Assembly: GCA_038320545.1 (NCBI GenBank)
Contig: JBBQEI010000022.1
Coordinates: 2,159-66,158, forward strand
DNA length: 64,000 bases
Origin: Bacteroidales bacterium
Lineage (GTDB): Bacteria; Bacteroidota; Bacteroidia; Bacteroidales; JAAUTT01
Direction of reading: 5' to 3'
In this document: piece after piece, positions 49,465 to 58,453 of the stretch
Layout: the number at the start of each line of letters is the position of its first letter
How positions within the stretch are numbered: the stretch's first letter is position 1
Notes under the pieces: generated by a model
The model's input: only the letters and a program-made list of their open reading frames with translations
Database searches by the model: none
Told to the model about the DNA's origin: nothing
Program-made: the position numbers and the translations under genes

Positions 49465-49630
49465 ACTATCTTATTTGTTAGCTATTGGATTTCTATTCGG
49501 CAGATCCCGCAATCAAAGAAACCAACTCGTATAAGATTTGTTGCCAGCTAAATGGAAAAGTAATGAAGGTATTTTATGCTTTTTGACTAATTCGTCATTT
49601 TTATCGATCAATGCAAATAAAGTAAAAATA

Positions 49631-49664
49631 AAAGCCCCGCAGACATAAGTTGTTGCGGGGCTTA
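49631..49664 (-). terminator. Intrinsic terminator downstream of the SGNH lipoprotein gene
   Basis: AAGCCCCGCA...TGCGGGGCTT stem followed by a T-rich tail on the minus strand. Confidence 0.8.
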
Positions 49665-49680
49665 AATTAAATTATTATGG

Positions 49681-50550
49681 CTATTTGCTCAAATAATATT
49701 TTAATTTGGGGTATACATATTTAGAAGCCAAATACCGGAAACCTGCGATATTAAGATGAACACCATCAGTTTCATAATATTGAAGGTTTTTATTTTTTTC
49801 GAAAGCTCCGCCTGTTTCCCTGCAGTTGACATAAATATCGGAGATTTTTGAACGTTCCCTCGAATAAAATGCATTAATTTTATTGGTGCCTACATGATGA
49901 TTGGCATCTGGAAGATTTATCATAAGAACAACAAATCCGGCTTTTTTCAGTGAAAGGTAATACCCACGTAAATAGCGGTACAGTTTGGCGGTATCGGTTA
50001 ATTCGTCCCTGATAGCATCGTTAGCCCCAATCCAGTAACAAACAATATTCTTTTTATACTTTGAATTAAATGAAGGCACAACCTGAACGGACGCATCAGA
50101 AATCATATTGTTTGTATTTTGTCCACTTACTGCAAAATTGGAGCTTACAATGTTTGTATAGCCGGCAGCTTTTAGCAATTCGATTGTTTTAGCAGAATAA
50201 TGTCCCCGTTTGGTTTGGGAATCGCCATCGAAAATCAAATTAATACTTGGCATAAGAATCTGAACAGGCTGTACTTTTGTGGTATCTATAATTACGGTTG
50301 CAGATGTATCTTTAATTATAACTTTTGTGGTTGTGTCCTTTATTACACCAATATTAATTGTATCTTTTATTACAGTTATAACTGAGTCTTTAATCGCGGC
50401 TGTTTTCGAAGTGTCTTTAGGTATATCAGTCAGCACTGAATCTTTTTTCAACTCATTCACTCCCTCGAGTGCATCCATCTTATTACAGTTTACCATCAGC
50501 GTTCCTGAGATCAGGATCAGCGCAAAAAATATCCATTTCAATTTTCCCAT
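49681..50550 (-). CDS. SGNH/GDSL hydrolase family lipoprotein with a repetitive Thr/Asp-rich linker
   Basis: Lipobox LMVNC, GDSQT, NFAVSG, IGAND, DGVH. The start is placed at MGKLK (50550). Confidence 0.85.
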   Translation of the reverse strand: MGKLKWIFFALILISGTLMVNCNKMDALEGVNELKKDSVLTDIPKDTSKTAAIKDSVITVIKDTINIGVIKDTTTKVIIKDTSATVIIDTTKVQPVQILMPSINLIFDGDSQTKRGHYSAKTIELLKAAGYTNIVSSNFAVSGQNTNNMISDASVQVVPSFNSKYKKNIVCYWIGANDAIRDELTDTAKLYRYLRGYYLSLKKAGFVVLMINLPDANHHVGTNKINAFYSRERSKISDIYVNCRETGGAFEKNKNLQYYETDGVHLNIAGFRYLASKYVYPKLKYYLSK

Positions 50551-50708
50551 AACTATATTTTCAAAAGGTTTATGGCTGATTATACGCAAACCTAACAAAT
50601 TAATCCTTTGTTAGATATAAAATAAATAACAAACTGAAATTTGAAATAAACAGGAGGATTTATAAAATAAATACAGTGGTATTTCGTTGCCGGGTACTTT
50701 AAAACAAA

Positions 50709-50742
50709 CAACCCTCCAGAACATTTCATTCTAAAGGGTTGT
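50709..50742 (-). terminator. Terminator downstream of the tRNA
   Basis: CAACCCTTTAGAA...TTCTGGAGGGTTG hairpin followed by TTTGTTTT on the minus strand. Confidence 0.65.
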
Positions 50743-50755
50743 ATTCGATTCCAAG

Positions 50756-50827
50756 TAGCCCCACCGGGAATCGAACCTGGATTTACAGTTTAGGAAACTG
50801 TCGTTCTATCCGTTGAACTATAGGGCC
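50756..50827 (-). tRNA. tRNA-Arg (anticodon CCT)
   Basis: GGCCCTATAGTTCAACGGATAGAACGACAGTTTCCTAAACTGTAAATCCAGGTTCGATTCCCGGTGGGGCTA: acceptor stem, D-arm, ACAGT/ACTGT anticodon stem with a TTCCTAA loop, GGTTCGATT T-loop; CCA not encoded. Confidence 0.96.
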
Positions 50828-51013
50828 ATTTTTTAACAGACTGCAAATATAACAGATTGAGAAAATATAGCTTACATTTTTGAAAAAAAACTTCTGAATG
50901 GTAAAGTTTGGATTTAAGAATACGCTAATCTTACTTATATGCGGTATTGTATGACGTGTTTTTATCGATTGTATTTCAATGTCGTTAACTTAAGAACTCG
51001 TTAACTTTTAGAA

Positions 51014-51072
51014 GGCTTCGACTCCGCTCAGCCTGACTGATAATTAGAATGTCACACTGAGCGGAGTCGAAT
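51014..51072. repeat. Inverted pair of family A REPs forming a hairpin
   Basis: TTCGACTCCGCTCAG (51017) and CTGAGCGGAGTCGAA (ending 51071). Confidence 0.8.
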
Positions 51073-51087
51073 TGTTTATTGCTTAAG

Positions 51088-51324
51088 TCAACGATATTGG
51101 ATTGTATTTAGCAATTCATTAATTGATAAGTCTTCATCTAGTAATCTCCAATGAATGCCATAGCCCGAAGGTGAAATTTTAAAATCCATTCTTTCACTAT
51201 CAGTCGCTTTGAACAATTTATCTGAAATATTAGCCAGTTTTAATTTTAATAACTGATCGTCAACTTTCAAAATAAGATAGTCATTTTCAAATCGTATGTC
51301 GGAAATATTATAAGCCATTTCCAT
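51088..51324 (-). CDS. DUF2442 family protein (putative antitoxin)
   Basis: KLFKATDSERMDFKISPSGYGIHWRLLDEDLSINELL signature. Confidence 0.85.
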   Translation of the reverse strand: MEMAYNISDIRFENDYLILKVDDQLLKLKLANISDKLFKATDSERMDFKISPSGYGIHWRLLDEDLSINELLNTIQYR

Positions 51325-51327
51325 AGT

Positions 51328-51574
51328 TTTATTTTTTAAATATTTATTCCATTTGATACTATATAATCGAAATGTTCATAAATAATTTTCTTTATCTCGC
51401 GCTTGCCATGGGGAGTCAAATTGTACTCCAATGCAATTTTTATCTCAAAATCTTCAATATTATGCCAAAATTTACATTCCATATCTCCCTTTTCAGCATG
51501 AATATGAATAGGTTCATTGATCTCGTTCGACCAAAATAAAGTCTCCAGCCAGATATAAGTAAAATTGTAGGCAT
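51328..51574 (-). pseudogene. Frameshifted DUF4160 family gene (partner of DUF2442)
   Basis: MPTILLISGWRLYF, frameshift, then SNEINEPIHIHAEKGDMECKFW...REIKKIIYEHFDYIV and a second frameshift. Confidence 0.8.
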
Positions 51575-51703
51575 TTATATTTCAAAGGTATAAAAAATGG
51601 ATAGGATAAAACAATCGAAACCGGGATATGCAAAGTACTGTTTCGTTTTTGTTTGGGAATGACTTACGACTAAAGACTTACAACTTCTTTTCTATCTTTG
51701 TAT

Positions 51704-52828
51704 ATGCAGTCACTGGAAACCCAATACATATCCCTTTTCCGCTCCCTTGTTCTTAACACACCGTTGAGAAATGAGATTCCATTGATTAAAAAGGAATATA
51801 CCACTCCCCTGTTTTGGGATTTTCTCGCATGGAACAGGATTATTCCCCTGCTATATCACAGGATTAGCCAGCAGAACCTGAAAGAATCGTTTCCGGAAGC
51901 CTTTATGGTGCGTTTGAAAGCCCTGCAACAGAAAAGCATTTTGCACAGTCTGCAGATGGAAGGGGTAATTAAAGAAGTGATCTCTCTGCTGATGAAGGAA
52001 AATATACAGCCGTTCCTGTTAAAAGGGATCGCCCTGGCTTTTGCAGTTTACGAAAATCCGGCTCTGCGCCCCATGCTCGATATCGACCTGCTATTTACCG
52101 GCGACGGGCAGATGCGCGCCCATGAGATACTTAAGGCGAAAGGATCCAGGGATATGTATGCCCAGGAATCAAAATATACCATGGGACTGTGGCAGCATAT
52201 TCCTCCGGTGCAATACAAAAATGTGATCATAGAACTTCACAGCCACATTGCCGCTGCTTACGAACCCGGTTTTCTGCCTCTTGAACAGGTTGTGGAAAAT
52301 CCGGATATTATAACCATGGGTGAACATTCCTGCTTTGCACTGAATCCTGAAATGCAGGTTTATCATTTGTTAACTCACATGCATAAACATGTATTATCCC
52401 GGTATTCCCGGTTAATATGGCTTGCCGATCTTCATCTGTATCTAACAAGGCATCAGCATACCTTCGACTGGAATAAATTTTGGAAACTGGCAGAGACAAC
52501 CGGCTTAACACCCTGTTTCGAAAAATATCTGCGCCTTCTCAAGAACGTACTTAATACCCAACTGCCGATATCGGAAAATGATGAACATTATGCAGAAGAG
52601 TTCCTGGGTATTTGCCGTAGAATAGTGGCTGGAGAAAATACTATCGGAACAATGGGCATGATGAAGAAATTGGTTACTACCAGGCAGAAAATCCTGTTTT
52701 TAAAAGGAAAACTGTTTCCATCGGTGGAATATGTAAAACGAAAATTCAATATTAAAAACCGGAATAAAGCAATAATGTATTATTCGGTGCTTTATATGGA
52801 GTATTTGAGAAAGCTTTTTAAAACCTAA
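51704..52828 (+). CDS. Nucleotidyltransferase family protein (NTP_transf_5-like)
   Basis: LLKGIALA..VYENPALRPMLDIDLL, IELH, HMHKH, RLIWLADL. Confidence 0.85.
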   Translation: MQSLETQYISLFRSLVLNTPLRNEIPLIKKEYTTPLFWDFLAWNRIIPLLYHRISQQNLKESFPEAFMVRLKALQQKSILHSLQMEGVIKEVISLLMKENIQPFLLKGIALAFAVYENPALRPMLDIDLLFTGDGQMRAHEILKAKGSRDMYAQESKYTMGLWQHIPPVQYKNVIIELHSHIAAAYEPGFLPLEQVVENPDIITMGEHSCFALNPEMQVYHLLTHMHKHVLSRYSRLIWLADLHLYLTRHQHTFDWNKFWKLAETTGLTPCFEKYLRLLKNVLNTQLPISENDEHYAEEFLGICRRIVAGENTIGTMGMMKKLVTTRQKILFLKGKLFPSVEYVKRKFNIKNRNKAIMYYSVLYMEYLRKLFKT

Positions 52829-53010
52829 AAAATTGTTTACCGGATAGTTGCTTTTGGGTTTATTCAATCTTCCCTACTTAATGCTTATCGTCATACTGAG
52901 CGGAGTCGAAGTATGAGCGGAGTCGAAGTGCTCAGAGTGACTGGTGAGTACTCATGTATTGCGTTTTTGCATTACTTCTATCTCCCGATAGCTATCGGGA
53001 TTACTTCGTA

Positions 53011-53345
53011 CTAAGTCTGTTTCAGTTCTTTTTCTACCGCTTTTTTGATAAAGCCGTTTTTTGTTGTACCGTTTTTTGTTGCAATCATTGCAGCCTTTCT
53101 ATGTATCTCCGGAGTAAGCCGAACATTAAGCACTCCTGTATAGGTCTTTGGGGGCTTAATGCCTTTTGCTTTGCAAAGTTCGAGATAATCCGATACAGCA
53201 TCATGAAATGCTTTTTTAAGTTCTTGCACAGTTTGCCCTTCAAATGTTACTAAAGCGTTAATTCCTTCGATTTTCCCTAAAAAACATCATCTCCCCCGCT
53301 AAAATTGACACTTCCAACAAAGTCTTTATAATCTAGTGTGTTCAT
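53011..53345 (-). pseudogene. hicB: Frameshifted HicB family antitoxin with no adjacent hicA
   Basis: MNTLDYKDFVGSVNFS..DDVF, frameshift, then GKIEGINALVTFEGQTVQELKKAFHDAVSDYLELC...YTGVLNVRLTPEIH. Confidence 0.8.
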
Positions 53346-53534
53346 AATTTTGATATTTATTCGTCTTCTTTTTCTCTCTCAATAAAACCAATCTTTATTC
53401 TAAATCTCTCCCCTGAAATTGAGAGACTTTAACATTTCGAAAAAATATCAATTCGTATCTGAAATCGAGCATTTCGACATTTCGACTCCGCTCAATGACC
53501 ACTCAGCTCAACGACCACTCAGCTCAACGACCGT

Positions 53535-54092
53535 TCTCGTAAAATCCGGACTTTTCAGTAAAATGAATATTTCACAATACCGAAAACCCGGTCCCTGGAG
53601 CCGAAGGGCCCGGAATTAGAACCATTGACATTCTTTGCGAAACTTTGCGATTCATTGCGATCTTTGCGACCTGTTACGCAGAGTACGCAAATAAGACGCA
53701 AAGTTGCGCAGAGGAAGTTCCCCTGAGCCGCCGAAGGGGCCCGGAATTAGAACCCTCAAGACCCCACTCTAAATTTCTCCCCTGAAAGGAAGAGACTTTG
53801 CCCCTCGTAAAATCATAGCAATTTGTATATGAATCGGTCATTTCGACCAGCTCAATGACTGGCTCTCGTAAATACGACCGTTTCAGTAAATAATGAAAAT
53901 CGCACAATACCGAAAACCCGGTCCCTGAGCGGAAGAGTCCGGAATTAGAACCATTGACATTCTTTGCGATTCATTGCGATCTTTGCGACCTTTGCGATCT
54001 TTGCGACCTGTTACGCAGAGTACGCAAATAAGACGCAAAGTTGCGCAGAGGAAGTTCCCCTGAGCGGAGCCGAAGGACCCGGAATTAGAACC
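53535..54092. repeat. Imperfect direct duplication (about 220-230 bp units at ~53535-53753 and ~53864-54092) of a composite repeat
   Basis: Shared CACAATACCGAAAACCCGGTCCCTG, CCGGAATTAGAACCATTGACATTCTTTGCGA and GTTACGCAGAGTACGCAAATAAGACGCAAAGTTGCGCAGAGGAAGTTCCCCTGAGC. Confidence 0.85.
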
Positions 54093-54108
54093 GTTCCTAT
54101 CTACCTAC

Positions 54109-55284
54109 TTACGACTTACGACTCCCGATAGCTATCGGGACCTCAAACAACCTCCTGTTTGCCTCCACCACCTCCGGGTCTCCAGTTACCTGTTTCGCAT
54201 AATCAAAAGCCCGTAGACTCATATCGTTGTATTCTTCCTGTCCCATGGCAGCACAATACTCAATTACCTCTACAAAACGCCCCGGTTGATTCAACTGTAT
54301 ATCCCAACCAACACCTGTTTCTTCCAAATTTCTCCACGGAGTATGATCGCTGATAATCACCGGGCAGCCACATTGAAAGCTTTCCAGAATGGTATGACCG
54401 AAGTTTTCGCCACGGGTGGGAAAAAATAGAAAATGAGCTTTGGATATTACCGCCGGAAGTTTATGGGGGGCAATACTCCCCTGGTAGTTAACCCTGATAT
54501 TCTGAGGAAGTGATTGTATCACCTCCTTACATTGTGCCCAGTAGTCACCATTGTAAACAGGACCGTAAATATCATAGGTCAATTGTATGTCTTCCGGTAG
54601 TTTCGATGCCAGTTCCTTTAAAACCTGTAAGGAAAAAAGTGTATTTTTCTCGGGAGAAATCCGGGTGATGCTGATCAGATTTAAAGTGCCCGGCTGTTTT
54701 TGTTTTTGGGGCAATACTGATGGCATTTTTTTGGGCAGATTGGGAGCTACTTTTATTTCGGTATTTTCTCCCAGTAATTTCCTGATGGCAAGCGCCTCCT
54801 CTTCATTGGTGGCATGAAACACAACATTTTTATAAAGCCCCATGAATCTGGCCATTCTAATAAACAAATTCTTTTTGAACGATTTTACCCCCAGCGCATG
54901 CGACGAAAGCATCCCACGGGCACTTACAATCACAGGTTTTTTAGTTTTTTTGGCAAGAAAAAGAGGCAAAACAGAAAAATACCACGAATAGATCCCGTTG
55001 ATATATACAACATCGCAGGCAGTATCTTTTAACAGCTTTTTAAGCGTGCTGAATTTTAAGTTCGGTCTGCTAATGTAAAAACCTTCAAATCCATCCTGAT
55101 TACACCAGTTATCGGGTGTTAATTCCGGGTATGGAATATTTTCGGTATAATCGGTGTTTCGGGTAACCACTTTAAAATTGAATTCTCCGGCCAGATGTGC
55201 AATCATATTGGCGTTTGAACTCACAGGGCCACCGGCTTTGAAACCCGGGGTAAACCAATCGATGAAAATGAGGATTACTTTCAT
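54109..55284 (-). CDS. Glycosyltransferase family 4 (GT-B)
   Basis: PGFKAGGPV, SARGML, RISPEKN, PTRGENFGHTILESFQCGCPVIISD. Confidence 0.9.
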   Translation of the reverse strand: MKVILIFIDWFTPGFKAGGPVSSNANMIAHLAGEFNFKVVTRNTDYTENIPYPELTPDNWCNQDGFEGFYISRPNLKFSTLKKLLKDTACDVVYINGIYSWYFSVLPLFLAKKTKKPVIVSARGMLSSHALGVKSFKKNLFIRMARFMGLYKNVVFHATNEEEALAIRKLLGENTEIKVAPNLPKKMPSVLPQKQKQPGTLNLISITRISPEKNTLFSLQVLKELASKLPEDIQLTYDIYGPVYNGDYWAQCKEVIQSLPQNIRVNYQGSIAPHKLPAVISKAHFLFFPTRGENFGHTILESFQCGCPVIISDHTPWRNLEETGVGWDIQLNQPGRFVEVIEYCAAMGQEEYNDMSLRAFDYAKQVTGDPEVVEANRRLFEVPIAIGSRKS

Positions 55285-55285
55285 A

Positions 55286-57073
55286 TTAATCCATGAATTT
55301 TTTATAGACTATTAAACTCCATATTCGACTCCAATGCACTTGACCATTTAAAAATCCATGCACAAGCTGAGTGGTTACAGGAGTATCCGGAATTAATCCT
55401 TTAAAGTAATCCATATTGTTTTTTAACCAAATACTGAAAGGAAACGTAAATCCCTGCTTTTTCCGGAAGATTATTTCGGGAGGCAGCATGTCGTTAAAGG
55501 CTTTGGTGATAAGGCATTTCGGCTGACTTTTGTTATATTTTATTTTAGGATGAATACTGTTGGTTAATTCCATCAGCTCTTTATCGAGGTAGGGAACCCT
55601 CACTTCCAGCGAATGCCACATACTCATATAATCAGTATCTTTCAAAAGCTGGTTTTCCATATAAACATTGGTTTCCAGGTAGGAAGCCAGGTTTTGATCC
55701 CTTTTTAACGGAACATCTTTCAAATTTAACACTTCAAAGGATGTAATCACTTCCTCAACTGGTTTTTGGGTGATCTTCGAAATTGTAACTGCATCGAAAC
55801 ATCCTCTTAAAAAAAGATATTCATTGTAATTGGTCGGTAATCCCAGCAATGCCAGGCGACTGATACTAGAATTAAACTTTGAACTGAATTTTGTTATGGA
55901 TGAAGGTAAAAACCGGAGGGCATTTAACAGGAGTACTCTCTGAAATGAAGGATATCCCCCAAACAACTCGTCGCTGCCCAAACCTGAGAGCACTACTTTC
56001 AACCCTGCATCCTGGGCACATTTCGATACAAAATAACTGTTAATTCCATCCCAGCTTGGCTGATCCATGGCTTCAAAAATATCGGGCAGATATTTCAAAA
56101 ACAGCCTCTCGTCCACTTTATATTTTTTGTGGGTATGAGAACGCATTTTATCCAGCACCAGGTTCTGAAAAGGCTCTTCGTTATAAGAAGCTTCGTTAAA
56201 AGTTACCGATATGGTATTTAAATTGGGATGTTTCCGGTAATCGGCAATTAAGGCAAGCAAACTTGAGTCGATACCTCCGCTTAGGAAGATACCCAGTGGC
56301 GCATCCGAAATCATATGCCTGTCGAGAGAAGCGATCAGGACAGCACGTGTTTTCTCCAGGGCTTCTTTTTCGCTTGTAATAGTTTCAGTGAACCTGAACT
56401 GGTGATAGCTTTGCATCGATGTTTCAAAGCTGTTGATGTTTATCTTCAGGAAATGTCCTTTGGGGAGCACAAATACATCGTCGAGGGTGGTATATGGAAA
56501 AGGGATAAAGCCAAAACTTAAAAACTGGTACGACCAGTAAGGGTTTTTATTCCAGTTGGGATTAAATTCTTTAAAACACCGTATTTCGGAGCTGAAGAGC
56601 AGATGCTCATGCGACAAGTGATAGTATAAGGGTTTTATTCCCGCATGGTCACGAACCAGTAACAGTTCATTCTTTTGTTTGTCGTAGAGCGAGAAGGCAA
56701 ACATTCCGTTAAACCTGTTGAAAGCACCGGTATCCCATTCTTCGTAAGCATGCAGTATTACTTCGGTATCGGAGGCAGTATGAAACTGATGTCCTTTAGT
56801 CATGAGTTCTTCCTTTAACTCACGGAAATTATAAATTTCGCCATTGAAAATAATAATGTAGTTGTTATCGGTAGTGCTCATGGGCTGGTTTCCGGCATCC
56901 GATAAATCGATGATGGAAAGTCTGCGGTGACCCAGGGCAATGTTGCTGTGGCACCAACTACCGGCAGCATCGGGGCCGCGGTGTTTGAGCCTGCTGTTAA
57001 ACCGCCCGATTAAAGCATCCAAATCAGCTTCCGGTGTAACTTGTTTGGTTATTATTCCTGAAATTCCGCACAT
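55286..57073 (-). CDS. asnB: Asparagine synthase (glutamine-hydrolyzing)-like amidotransferase, probably modifying polysaccharide
   Basis: MCGISG, HRGPD, LGHRRLSIIDLS, FNGEIYN, FLSGGIDSS, LSGLGSDELFGGY, SLEVRVPYLD; flanked by GT4 genes. Confidence 0.9.
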   Translation of the reverse strand: MCGISGIITKQVTPEADLDALIGRFNSRLKHRGPDAAGSWCHSNIALGHRRLSIIDLSDAGNQPMSTTDNNYIIIFNGEIYNFRELKEELMTKGHQFHTASDTEVILHAYEEWDTGAFNRFNGMFAFSLYDKQKNELLLVRDHAGIKPLYYHLSHEHLLFSSEIRCFKEFNPNWNKNPYWSYQFLSFGFIPFPYTTLDDVFVLPKGHFLKININSFETSMQSYHQFRFTETITSEKEALEKTRAVLIASLDRHMISDAPLGIFLSGGIDSSLLALIADYRKHPNLNTISVTFNEASYNEEPFQNLVLDKMRSHTHKKYKVDERLFLKYLPDIFEAMDQPSWDGINSYFVSKCAQDAGLKVVLSGLGSDELFGGYPSFQRVLLLNALRFLPSSITKFSSKFNSSISRLALLGLPTNYNEYLFLRGCFDAVTISKITQKPVEEVITSFEVLNLKDVPLKRDQNLASYLETNVYMENQLLKDTDYMSMWHSLEVRVPYLDKELMELTNSIHPKIKYNKSQPKCLITKAFNDMLPPEIIFRKKQGFTFPFSIWLKNNMDYFKGLIPDTPVTTQLVHGFLNGQVHWSRIWSLIVYKKFMD

Positions 57074-57152
57074 GTAATGGAGTAAATTAGATTTTAAGGA
57101 TATTAATATTAGTGAAGAAACTTAGAGCCAATCCCGATAGCTATCGGGACTG

Positions 57153-58145
57153 CTATTCCCCACCTATCTCCCTGTAAAGGCTTGCATATTGTTCTGCCAC
57201 CTGTTGGGGATGAAATCGTTTTACATTTTCAAGTCCCTTCACAATAAGGGAATCTCTTAAATCCTGATTTCGGATAACGGATAATATTCCATTGCGGATT
57301 GATTCTATATCGGTCGGATTCACCAACACGGCAGCACCACCTGCAACTTCGGGCATGCTGGAACAGTTGGAGGTGATAACAGATCTCCCGGTTGCCTGCG
57401 CTTCCAGAATAGGTAAGCCAAAGCCTTCGAGCAGGGAACAAAAGGTTACTATATCGCATGCACAGTAACAGGCTACGATCTGTTCTTCTGTAAGTCCTAT
57501 TTTGTTTTCACAATCTATCTGATGTTTTTTTATCAATTCATCCTGATGCTTCTGCAGTTCGCCAACCACCACCAAACGGCAAGGAATACCTTCAAGTGCC
57601 GCAAACAGTCGCTCCAGGTTCTTGTTGAATTTGGTACCGATTTGAAGGATCACCGGCCTCTCTGCATCAAAATCTTTGGGAACAAATGTAAACCGTGGCG
57701 AAACAAAATCGGGAATAATCCTTATTTTATCGACTTTACAGCGGGCATAACGAATAATTTCTTTTTTGGTGGCATCTGAAATAGCTACCACATAGCGTAC
57801 CCTCCGTACCGGCAGGTATATCCAGAACAGCCATAGCAGAAAACGGGGAATGCCTTTATATTGCCTCATAAACCCAAGATCGTGGATGGTTAACAGGGTT
57901 TTATTTTTTTTAAGAGACAGGGCTATATAATGGATATCGCCGGTAATATGGTTAACAGTCGCCTGTTGGTGGAAGGTAGCAAACCATGTATTGCGTAATC
58001 GTTTAAAAATTCCCTGGCTCAAACATGGCATTTTCAGGAGCTCAACGGAGATATCGGCAGGCATATACTGACGTATTTCAGCGAACAGCTTCTCGAAACT
58101 CCACATGTGTCCATCGGTCTTCCGGTGGAAATGTATTACTTTCAT
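57153..58145 (-). CDS. Glycosyltransferase family 4
   Basis: LTIHDL, KNLERL, SLLEGFGLPILEAQATG. Confidence 0.92.
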   Translation of the reverse strand: MKVIHFHRKTDGHMWSFEKLFAEIRQYMPADISVELLKMPCLSQGIFKRLRNTWFATFHQQATVNHITGDIHYIALSLKKNKTLLTIHDLGFMRQYKGIPRFLLWLFWIYLPVRRVRYVVAISDATKKEIIRYARCKVDKIRIIPDFVSPRFTFVPKDFDAERPVILQIGTKFNKNLERLFAALEGIPCRLVVVGELQKHQDELIKKHQIDCENKIGLTEEQIVACYCACDIVTFCSLLEGFGLPILEAQATGRSVITSNCSSMPEVAGGAAVLVNPTDIESIRNGILSVIRNQDLRDSLIVKGLENVKRFHPQQVAEQYASLYREIGGE

Positions 58146-58269
58146 ATAACCATTATTATTTCAATATCGTTTTGAGGTTAAAAACTGCAATTTACAATGA
58201 TTTTCAAACGGCGATCGTCCTGCTTTGACGAAAAGCTTTCCTTATCCCATATCTATTCAACTCTACCTT

Positions 58270-58430
58270 CGACGCTGCCAGGACCTGCGGACGCTGGCAG
58301 GTCTGTGTACATCCCCCCGCTAAGCGTATCGTCTCGCTAGGCTTGACCCACCGGCTTGCAGCCGAAGAATTTATAAAAATATGGCCGGAGGTCGGTATAA
58401 TGCGACGTAGCGTGACGCTACGCCGAGCCA
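58270..58430. repeat. REP-like cluster (families E and D)
   Basis: CTGCCAGGACCTGCGGACGCTGGCAGGTC at about 58276; TGGCCGGAGG...CGACGTAGCGTGACGCTACGCCGAGC at 58382-58428. Confidence 0.75.
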
Positions 58431-58453
58431 GGCTTCTAGCCGATGTCTTATGG

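Noticed and set aside
50756-50827. tRNA-Arg as the attachment site of an integrated element
   Set aside because: I found no integrase and no duplicated tRNA 3' end in the window by eye.
51704-57073. Lasso-peptide cluster (asparagine synthase-like plus nucleotidyltransferase)
   Set aside because: The AsnB has a complete N-terminal Cys glutaminase domain and sits between glycosyltransferases; no B1/PqqD, B2 protease or precursor is visible.
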